From: the human T2T-CHM13v2.0 reference genome, Homo sapiens
Assembly (NCBI RefSeq): GCF_009914755.1
Contig: NC_060933.1
Reading direction: 5' to 3' (one strand)
Length of the DNA: 64,000 nucleotides
The notes below the pieces were generated by a model. It was given only the letters and a program-made list of their open reading frames with translations. It made no database searches and was not told the origin of the DNA. Every line of letters begins with the position of its first letter. Position 1 is the stretch's first letter. This document shows, piece after piece, positions 11,701-23,600 of this stretch. A program made the position numbers and the translations under genes.

Positions 11701-14700
11701 CCATTCCGTTACATTCCGTTCCATTCCATTCCATTCGAATTAATTCCATTCCATTCCATTCCATTCCATTCCATTCCATTGCATTGCAATCGAGTTGAAT
11801 CCATTGCATTTCATTCCATTCCATTCCATTCCATTCCATTCCGGAAGATTCCATTCCATTGCATTCCAATCCATTCCATTCCATTCCCGTACACTCGCGT
11901 TGATTCCATTCCATTCCATTCCATTCCATTCCGGATGATTCCATTTCATTGAATTCCGTTCCATTACATTCCCCTGCACTCGGGTTGATTCCATTCCATT
12001 CCATTCCATTCCATTCCATTCCATTCCATTCCGGATGATTCCATTCCATTGCATTCCGTTCCATTATATTCCCATGCACTCGCGTTGATTCCATTCCATT
12101 CCATTCCATTCCATTCAATTCCATTCCATTACAATTCGTTCCATTCCATTCTATTCCGTACCATTCCATTCCATTCCATACCATTCCGTTCCGTTCCATT
12201 CCGTTCCATTCCATTCCATTCCATTCCGTTCTGTTCCATTCCATTCCATTCCATTCTATTCGGGTTAATTCCATTCCATTCCATTCGATTGCAATCGTGT
12301 TGATTCCATTCCATTCCATTCCACTACATTCCTTTCCATTCCATTCCTTTCCATTCCATTACGGATGATTCCATTCCATTGCATTCCATTCCATTCCATT
12401 CCCCTGTACTCGGGTTGATTCCATTGCATTCCATTCCAATCCATGCCCTTCCACTCGTGTTGATTCCATTCTTTCCATTCCATTCAAGTTGAATCCATTC
12501 CATTGCATTCCATTCCATTCGATTGCACTCGGGTTGATTCCATTCCATTGCATTCCATTCCATTCCATTCCATTGCATTCCATTCCATTCCATTCCGTTC
12601 CGTTCCATTCCATTCCATTCCTTTCTATTCGGGTTAATATCATTCCATTCCATTCCATTCCATTGCATTCCATTCCAATCAAGTTGATTCCTTTCCATTC
12701 CATTCCATTCCATTCCATTCCATTCCATTCCACTCCATTCCAGTCCTTTCCATTCCATTCCACTCGGGTTGATTCCAATGTATTCCTTTCCATTCCATTC
12801 CATTCCATTGCAATCGAGTTGATTCCATTGCTTTGCATTCCATTCCATTCCATTCCGGATGATTCCATTCCATTGCATTCCATTCCATTCCATTCCCCTG
12901 CACTCGGGTTGATTCCATTCCATTCCACTACATTCCGTTCCATTCCATTCCATTCCATTGTATTCGGGTTAATTCCATTCCATTCCTTTCCATTCCATTC
13001 CATTCCATTACAATCGAGTTGATTCCATTCCATTCCATTCCATTCCAGTCCTTTCCATTCCATTCCACTCGGGTTGATTCCATTCTATTAGTTTCCATTC
13101 CATTCCATTCCCTTCCATTCCACTCTGGTTGATTCCAGTCCTTTCCATTCCACTCGAATATATTCCCTCCTATTCCACTCGGAACGATTCCATTCCATTC
13201 CATTCCGTTCCAATCCATTCCATTCCCCTGTACTCGGGTTGATTCCATTCCATTCCATTCCACTCCATTCGGTTCCGTTGCATTCCATTCTATTGCATTC
13301 CATTCTATTCGGGTTAATTCCATTCCATTCTATTCCATTCCATTCCATTCCATTCCATTGCAATGGAGTTGATTCCATTCCATTCCATTCCATTCCGGAT
13401 GATTCCATTCCATTGCATTCCATTCCATTCCATTCCCCTGCACTCGTGTTGATTCCATTCCCTTCCATTCCATTCCATTACGTTCCATTCCATTCCATTG
13501 CATTCTATTCCCGTTAATTCCATTCCATTCCATTCCATTCCATTCCATTCCATTCCATTCCATTGCAATCGAGTTGATTCCATTCCATTCCTTTCCATTC
13601 CATTCCATTGCCTTGCATTCCACTCGGGTTGATTCCATTCCCTTCTTTCCACTCCATTACATTCCCTTCCATGATTGATTCCATTCCATTCCATTCCATT
13701 TCATTCCATTGCAATCCATTCCAATCCATTCCCTTCCATTCCATTCCAGTCGAGTTGAATTCATTCCATTCCTTTCCATTCCATTCCATTCCTTTCCACT
13801 CGAGTTGATTCCATTCCATTCCAATCCATTGGATTCCATTCCATGCCATTCCACTCGGGTTGATTCCATTCCTTTGCATTCCATTCCATTCCATTCCATT
13901 CCATTCCATTCCATTCCATTCCGTTGCATTCCATTCCATTACATTCGGATTGATTCTATTCATCTCCCTTACTCTCCATTACATTCCATTCCATTCGGGT
14001 TGTTCCATTCCATTCCATTCCATTCCATTCCACTCCATTCCATTGCACTCGGGTTGATTACATTCCATTCCATTCCATTCCATTCCATTCCGGATGATTC
14101 CATTCCATTGCATTCCGTTCCATTACATTCCCCTGCACTCGCGTTGATTCCATTCCATTCCATTCCATTCCATTCAATTCCATTCCATTACAATTCGTTC
14201 CATTCCATTCTATTCCGTACCATTCCATTCCATTCCATACCATTCCATTCCATTCCATTCCATTCCATTCCGTTCCATTCCGTTCCATTCCATTCCATTC
14301 CATTCCATTCTATTCGGATTAATTCCATTCCATTCCATTCCATTCCATTCTATTCCATTCCATTGCAATCGAGTTGAATCCATTGCAATTCATTCCATTC
14401 CATTCCATTCCATTCCATTCCATTCCATTCCGGAAGATTCCATTCCATTGCATTCCATTCCATTCCATTCCCCTGCACTCGCGTTGATTCCATTCCGTTC
14501 CATTCCATTCCATTCCGTTCCGTTCCATTCCATTCCATTCCATTCCATTCCATTCCATTCCGTTCCGTTCCATTCCATTCCATTCCATTCTATTCGGGTT
14601 AATTCCATTCCATTCCATTTGATTGCAATCGAGTTGATTCCATTCCATTCCATTCCATTCCATTCCATTCCATTCCATTCCTTTCCATTCCATTATGGAT

Positions 14701-15004
14701 GATTCCATTCCATTGCATTCCATTCCATTCCATTCCCCTGTACTCGGGTTGATTCCATTCCATTCCATTCCAATCCATGCCATTCCAGTCGTGTTGATTC
14801 CATTCTTTCCATTCCATTCAAGTTGAATCCATTCCATTGCATTCCATTCCATTCCATTCCCTTGCAGTTGGGTTGATTCCATTCCATTCCATTCCATTCC
14901 ATTCCATTCCATTCCATTCCGTTCCGTTCCGTTCCGTTCCATTCCATTCCTTTCCATTCTATTCGGGTTAATTCCATTCCATTCCATTCCATTCCATTCC
15001 ATTC

Positions 15005-16070
15005 CATTCCAATCGAGTTGATTCCATTCCATTCCATTCCATTCCATTCCATTCCACTCCATTCCAGTCCTTTCCATTCCATTCCACTCGGGTTGATTCC
15101 AATGTATTCCTTTCCATTCCGTTCCATTCCATTGCAATCGAGTTGATTCCATTTTTTGCATTCCATTCCATTCCATTCCATTCCGGATGATTCCATTCCA
15201 TTGCATTCCATTCCATTCCATTCCCCTGCACTCGGGTTGATTCCATTCCATTCCACTCCATTCCGTTGCATTCCATTCCATTCCAATGTATTTGGAATAA
15301 TTCCATTCCATTCCATGCCATTCCATTCCATTCCATTACAATCGAGTTGAATCCATTCCATTCCATTCCATTCCAGTCCTTTCCATTCCATTCCACTCGG
15401 GTTGATTCCATTCTATTAGTTTCCATTCCATTCCATTCCCTTCCATTCCACTCTGGTTGATACCATTCCTTTCCATTCCACTCGAATACATTCCCTCCTA
15501 TTCCACTCGGAACGATTCCATTCCATTCCATTCCATTTCATTCCATTCCATTCCAATCGAGTTGATTCCATTCCATTCCATTCCATTCCATTCCACTCCA
15601 TACCAGTCCTTTCCTTTCCATTCCACTCGGGTTGATTCCAATATATTCCTTTCCATTCCATTCCATTCCATTGCAATCGAGTTGATTCCATTGCTTTGCA
15701 TTCCATTCCATTCCATTCCATTCCGGATGATTCCATTCCATTGTATTCCATTCCATTCCATTCCCCTGCACTCGGGTTGATTCCATTCCATTCCACTCCA
15801 TTCCGTTCCATTCCATTCCATTGCATTGTATTCGGGTTAATTCCATTCCATTCCATTCCATTCCATTCCATTCCATTACAATTGAGTTGATTCCATTCCA
15901 TTCCATTCCATTCCAGTCCTTTCCATTCCATTCCTCTCGCGTTGATTCCATTCTATTAGTTTCCATTCCATTCCATTCCCTTCCATTCCACTCAGGTTTT
16001 TTCCATTCCTTTCCATTCCACTCGAATACATTCCCTCCTATTCCACTCGGAAGGATTCCATTCCATTCCA
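15005..16070 (+). repeat. ~540 bp diverged tandem duplication
   Basis: The same module order, ending in CTCGAATACATTCCCTCCTATTCCACTCGGAA, occurs at 15481 and 16021; ORFs 15156/15696 are offset by 540. Confidence 0.8.
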
Positions 16071-18940
16071 TTCCATTCCTTTCCATTCCATTCCATTCCA
16101 TTCCATTCCATTCCATTCCATTTCGTTCCATTCCATTCTATTCCGTAGCATTCCATTCCATTCCATTCCACTCCATTCCATTGCACTCGGGTTGATTCCA
16201 TTCCATTCCATTCCATTCCATTCCATTCCATTCCGGATGATTCCATTCCATTGCATTCCGTTCCATTACATTCCCCTGCACTCGCGTTGATTCCATTCCA
16301 TTCCATTCCATTCCATTCAATTCCATTCCATTACAATTCGTTCCATTCCATTCTATTCCGTACCATTCCATTCCATTCCATACCATTCCATTCCATTCCA
16401 TTCCATTCCATTCCATTCTGTTCCATTCCGTTCCATTCCATTCCATTCCATTCTATTCGAATTAATTCCATTCCATTCCATTCCATTCCATTCCATTCTA
16501 TTCCATTCCATTGCAATCGAGTTGAATCCATTGCATTTCATTCCATTCCATTCCATTCCATTCCATTCCGGAAGATTCCATTCAATTGCATTCCATTCCA
16601 TTCCATTCCCCTGCACTCGCGTTGATTCCATTCCATTCCATTCCATTGCATTCCATTCCATTCCATTCCGTTCCGTTCAATTCCATTCCATTCCATTCCG
16701 TTCCGTTCCATTCCATTCCATTCCATTCTATTCGGGTTAATTCCATTCCATTCCATTCGATTGCAATCTATTTGATTCCATTCCATTCCATTCCATTCCA
16801 TTCCATTCCATTCCATTCCATTCCATTCCTTTCCATTCCATTACGGATGATTCCATTCCATTTCATTCCATTCCATTCCACTCCATTCCAGTCCTTTCCA
16901 TTCCATTCCACTCGGGTTGATTCCTTTCCATTCCATTCCATTCCATTCCATTCTATTCCATTCCGTTCCATTCCATTCCATTCCATTGTATTCGGGTTAA
17001 TTCCATTCCATTCCATTCCATTCCATTCCATTCCATTCCATTCCATTACAATCGAGTTGATTCCATTCCATTCCATTCCATTACAATCGAGTTGATTCCA
17101 TTCCATTCCATTCTATTCCAGTCCTTTCCACTCCATTCCACTCGGGTTGATTCCATTCTATTAGTTTCCATTCCATTCCATTCCCTTCCATTCCACTCTG
17201 GTTGATTCCATTCCTTTCCATTCCACTCGAATACATTCCCTCCTATTCCACTCGGAACGATTCCATTCCATTCCATCTCATTCCATTCCATTCCATTCCA
17301 TTCCATTTCGTTCCATTCCATTTCGTTCCATTCCATTCTATTCCATTCCATTCCATTCCATAACGTTCCATTCCATTCCGTTCCATTCCATTCCGTTCCA
17401 TTCCATTACATTCGGATTGATTCTTTTCAACTCCCTTACTCTCCATTACATTACATTCCATTCGGATTGTTCCATTCCATTCCATTCCATTCCATTCCAC
17501 TCCATTCCATTCAATTCCATTCCGTTCCATTCCATTCCATTACATTCGGATTGATTCTATTCAACTCCCTTACTCTCCATTACATTCGATTCCATTCGGG
17601 TTGTTCCATTCCATTCCATTCCATTCCACTCCATTCCATTGCACTCGCGTTGATTCCTTTCCATTCCATTCCATTCCATTGCATTCCATTCCGTTGCATT
17701 CCATTCCATTACGTTCGGATTGATTCTATTCAACTCCCTTATTCTCCATTACATTCCATTCCATTCAGGTTGTTCCATTCCATTCCATTCCATTCCACTC
17801 CATTCCATTGCACTCGGGTTGATTCCATTCCATTCCATTCCATTCCATTCCATTCCGGATGATTCCTTTCCATTGCATTCCGTTCCATTATATTCCCCTG
17901 CACTCGCGTTGATTCCATTCCATTCCTTTCCATTCCATTCAATTCCATTCCATTACAATTCGTTCCATTCCATTCTATTCCGTACCATTACATTCCATTC
18001 CATACCATTCCATTCCATTCCATTCCATTCCATTCCGTTCCATTCCGTTCCATTCCATTCCATTCCATTCTATTCGGGTTAATTCAATTCCATTCCATTC
18101 CATTCCATTCTATTCCATTCGATTGCAATCGAGTTGAATCCATTGCATTTCACTCCATTCCATTCCATTCCATTCCATTCCGGAAGATTCCATTCCATTG
18201 CATTCCATTCCATTCCATTCCCCTGCACTCGCGTTGATTCCATTCCATTCCATTCCATTCCATTCCATTCCATTCCGTTCCGTTCCGTTCCGTTCCGTTC
18301 CGTTCCATTCCATTCCATTCCATTCCATTCCATTCCGTTCTGTTCCATTCCATTCCATTCCATTCTATTCGGGTTAAATCCATTCCATTCCATTCGATTG
18401 CAATCGTGTTGATTCCATTCCATTCCATTCCATTCCATTCCATTCCATTCCTTTCCATTCCATTATGGATGATTCCATTCCATTGCATTCCATTCCATTC
18501 CATTCCCCTGTACTCGGGTTGATTCCATTCCATTCCATTCCAATCCATGCCCTTCCACTCGTGTTGATTCCATTCTTTCCATTCCATTCAAGTTGAATCC
18601 ATTCCATTGCATTCCATTCCATTCGATTCCATTCGATTGCACTCGGGTTGATTCCATTCCATTGCATTCCATTGCATTCCATTCCATTCCATTCCGTTCC
18701 ATGCCATTCCACTCGGGTTGATTCCATGCCATTCCATTCCATTCCATTGCATTCCATTCCATTCCTTTCCCCTGCACTCGGGTTGATTCCATTCCATTCC
18801 ATTCCATTTAATTCCATTCCATTCCATTCCGTTCCATTCCAATCCGTTCCATTCCATTCCATTCTATTCCATTGCAATCGACTTGATTCCATTCCATTCC
18901 ATTCCATTCCATTCTATTGCATTCCATTCCATTCCATTCC

Positions 18941-19030
18941 ATTTTTTTCCAATCCATTCTATTCCGAACCATTCCATTCCATTCCATTTTTTTCCAATCC
19001 ATTCTATTCCGAACCATTCCATTCCATTCC
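18941..19030 (+). repeat. 45 bp tandem duplication containing T7 run
   Basis: ATTTTTTTCCAATCCATTCTATTCCGAACC occurs at 18941 and 18986; the homologue at ~51916 is single-copy (ATTTTGTTCC). Confidence 0.9.
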
Positions 19031-19574
19031 ATTCCATTCCATTCCATTCCATTCCAGCCATTCTACTCGGGTTGATTCCATTCCTTTCCATTCCATTCGG
19101 GTTGAATCCATTCCACTCCATTCCATTCCATTCGAATCCATTCCATTGCACTCGGGTTGATTCCATTCCATTCCATTCCATTCGATTCCATTCCATTCCA
19201 TTCCATTCCGTTCCATTCCATTGCATTACATTCACATTGATTCTATTCAATTCCCTTACACTCCATTATATTCCAATCCATTCTGGTTGTTTCCATTCCA
19301 TTCCATTCCATTTCACTCCATTCCATTGCACTCGGTTTGATTCCATTCCATTCCATTCCATTCCATTCGGGATGATTCCATTCCATTGCATTCCATTCCA
19401 TTCCCTTCCCCTGCACTCAGGTTGATTCCATTCCATTCCATTCCACTGCATTCGGTTCCGTTCCATTCCATTCTATTGCATTCCATTCTATTCGGGTTAA
19501 TTCCATTCCATTCTATTCCATTCCATTCCATTCCATTCCATTGTAATGGAGTTGATTCCATTCCATTCCATTCC

Positions 19575-22500
19575 ATTCCGGATGATTCCATTCCATTGCA
19601 TTCCATTCTATTCCATTCCCCTGCACTCGTGTTGATTCCATTACCTTCCATTCCATTCCATTCCGTTCCATTCCATTGCATTCCATTCTATTCCGGTTAA
19701 TTCCATTCCATTCCATTCCATTCCATTCCATTCCATTGCAATCGAGTTGATTGCATTCCATTCCTTTCCATTCCATTCCATTGCCTTGCATTCCTTTCGG
19801 ATTGATTCCATTCCCTTCTTTCCACTCCATTACATTCCCTTCCATTCCACTCGGAATGATTGATTCCATTCCATTCCATTCCATTTCATTCCGTTGCAAT
19901 CCATTCCAATCTATTCCATTCCATTCCATTCCACTCGAGTTGATTTCATACCATTCCTTTCCATTCCATTCCATTCCTTTCCACTCGAGTTGATTCCATT
20001 CCATTCCATTCGATTGCATTCCATTCCATGCCATTCCACTCGGGTTGATTCCATTCCTTTGCATTCCATTCCATTCCATTCCATTCCATTCCATTCCATT
20101 CCATTCCGTTGCATTCCATTCCATTACATTCGGATTGATTCTATTCAACTCCCTTACTCTCCATTACATTACATTCCATTCGGGTTGTTCCATTCCATTC
20201 CATTCCATTCCGAATGATTCCATTCCATTGCATTCCATTCGATTACATTCCCCTGCAGTCGCGTTGATTCCATTCCATTCCATTCCATTCCATTCCATTC
20301 AATTCCATTCTATTACAATTCGTTCCATTCCATTCTATTCCGTACCATTCCATTCCATTCCATACCATTCCATTCCATTCCATTCCATTCCATTCCGTTC
20401 CATTCCGTTCCATTCCATTCCATTTTATTCGGGTTAATTCCATTCCATTCCATTCCATTCCATTCTATTCCATTCCATTGCAATCAAGTTGAATCCATTG
20501 CATTTCATTCCATTCCATTCCATTCCATTGCATTCCGGAAGATTCCATTCCATTGCATTCCATTCCATTCCATTCCCCTGCACTCGCGTTGATTCCATTC
20601 CATTCCATTCCATTCCATTCAATTCCATTCCGTTCCGTTCCATTCCATTCCATTCCATTCCATTCCTTTCCATTCCATTACGGATGATTCCATTCCATTG
20701 CATTCCATTCCATTCCATTCCCCTGTACTCGGGATGATTCCATTCCATTGCATTCCAATCCATGCCCTTCCACTCGTGTTGATTCCATTCTTTCCATTCC
20801 ATTAAAGTTGAATCCATTCCATTGTATTCCATTCCATTCGATTCCATTCGATTGCACTCGGGTTGATTCCATTCCATTGCATTCCATTCCATTCCATTCC
20901 ATTCCATTCCATTCCATTCCATTCCGTTCCATTCCATTCCATTACATTCGGATTGATTCTATTCAATTCCCTTACACTCCATTACATTCCATTCCATTCG
21001 GGTAGTTTCCATTCCATTCCATTCCATTCCTCTCCATTCCATTGCACTCGGGTTGATTCCATTCCATTGCATTCCATTCCATTCCATTCCATTACTTTCC
21101 GTTCCATTCCATTCCATTCCAATCCATTCCATTCCGTTCCGTTCCGTTCCATTCCATTCCATTCCATTCTTTTCGGGTTAATTCCATTCCATTCCATTCG
21201 ATTGAAATCGAGTTGATTCCATTCCATTCCATTCCATTCCATTCCTTTCCTTTCCATTCCATTCCGGATGATTCCATTCCATTGCATTCCATTCCATTCC
21301 ATTCCCCTGCACTCGTGTTGATTCCATTACCTTCCATTCCATTCCATTCCGTTCCATTCCATTGCATTCCATTCTATTCCGGTTAATTCCATTCCATTCC
21401 ATTCCATTCCATTCCATTCCATTGCAATCGAGTTGATTGCATTCCATTCCTTTCCATTCCATTCCATTGCCTTGCATTCCAATCGGATTGATTCCATTCC
21501 CTTCTTTCCACTCCATTACATTCCCTTCCATTCCACTCGGAATGATTGATTCCATTCCATTCCATTCCATTTCATTCCGTTGCAATCCATTCCAATCTAT
21601 TCCATTCCATTCCATTCCACTCGAGTTGATTTCATTCCATTCCTTTCCATTCCATTCCATTCCTTTCCACTCGAGTTGATTCCATTCCATTCCATTCCAT
21701 TGCATTCCATTCCATGCCATTCCACTCGGGTTGATTCCATTCCTTTGCATTCCATTCCATTCCATTCCATTCCATTCCATTCCATTCCATTCCGTTGCAT
21801 TCCATTCCATTACATTCGGATTGATTCTATTCAACTCCCTTACTCTCCATTACATTACATTCCATTCGGGTTGTTCCATTCCATTCCATTCCATTCCGAA
21901 TGATTCCATTCCATTGCATTCCATTCGATTACATTCCCCTGCACTCGCGTTGATTCCATTCCAGTCCATTCCATTCCATTCTATTCCATTCTATTACAAT
22001 TCGTTCCATTCCATTCTATTCCGTACCATTCCATTCCATTCCATACCATTCCATTCCATTCCATTCCATTCCATTCCATTCCATTACATTCCGTTCCATT
22101 CCGTTCCATTCCATTCCATTTTATTCGGGTTAATTCCATTCCATTCCATTCCATTCCATTCCATTCCATTCCATTGCAATCGAGTTGAATCCATTGCATT
22201 TCATTCCATTCCATTCCATTCCATTGCATTCCGGAAGATTCCATTCCATTGCATTCCATTCCATTCCATTCCCCTGCACTCGCGTTGATTCCATTCCATT
22301 CCATTCCATTCCATTCAATTCCATTCCATTCCTTTCCGTTCCATTCCATTCCATTCCATTCCATTCCATTGCATTCCATTCCATTCCATTCCCCTGTACT
22401 CGGGTTCATTCCATTCCATTCCATTCCAAACCATGCCATTCCACTCGTGTTGATTCCATTCTTTCCATTCCATTCAGGTTGAATCCATTCCATTGCATTC

Positions 22501-23600
22501 CATTCCATTCCATTCCCCTGCAGTCGGGTTCATTCCATTCCATTCCATTCCATTCCATTCCATTCCATTCCATTCCGTTCCGTTCCATTCCATTCCATTC
22601 CATTCTATTCGGGTTAATTCCATTCCATTCCATTCGATTGCAATCGAGTTGATTCCATTCCATTCCATTCCATTCCATTCCATTCCATTCCATTCCTTTC
22701 CATTCCATTACGGATTATTCCATTCCATTGCATTCCATTCCATTCCATTCCCCTGTACTCGGGATGATTCCATTCCATTGCATTCCAATCCATGCCCTTC
22801 CACTCGTGTTGATTCCATTCTTTCCATTCCATTAAAGTTGAATCCATTCCATTGTATTCCATTCCATTCGATTCCATTCGATTGCACTCGGGTTGATACC
22901 ATTCCATTGCATTCCATTCCATTCCATTCCATTCCATTCCATTCCATTCCATTCCGTTCCATTCCATTCCATTACATTCGGATTGATTCTATTCAATTCC
23001 CTTACACTCCATTACATTCCATTCCATTCGGGTAGTTTCCATTCCATTCCATTCCATTCCTCTCCATTCCATTGCACTCGGGTTGATTCCATTCCATTGC
23101 ATTCCATTCCATTCCATTCAATTCCATTCCGTTCCATTCCATTCCATTACATTCGTATTGACTCTATTCAACTCCCTTACTCTCCATTACATTCCATTCC
23201 ATTCGGGTTGTTCCATTCCATTCCATTCCATTCCACTCCATTCCATTGCACTCGGGTTTATTCCATTCCATTCCATAACATTCCATTCCATTCCATTCCA
23301 TTCCATTCCGGAAGATTCCATTCCATTGCATTCCATTCCATTCCATTCCCCTGCACTCGCGTTGATTCCATTCCATTCCATTCCATTCCATTCCATTCCA
23401 TTCCATTCCTTTCCGTTCCATTCCATTCCATTCCATTCCATTCCATTCCATTCCGTTCCGTTCCGTTCCGTTCCGTTCCGTTCCATTCCATTCCATTCCA
23501 TTCTATTCGGGTTAACTCCATTCCATTCCATTCGATTGCAATCGAGTTGATTCCATTCCATTCCATTCCATTCCATTCCATTCCTTTCCATTCCATTACG
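19575..23600 (+). repeat. Imperfect tandem duplication: 1686 bp copy followed by a longer (~2.3 kb) copy
   Basis: Shared private variants (CCATTACCTTCC, CCGAATGATT, CTCGGGATGATT, ATTAAAGTTG, ATTGTATTCC). The offset is 1686 (19697/21383) and rises to 2030 (20678/22708). Confidence 0.8.
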
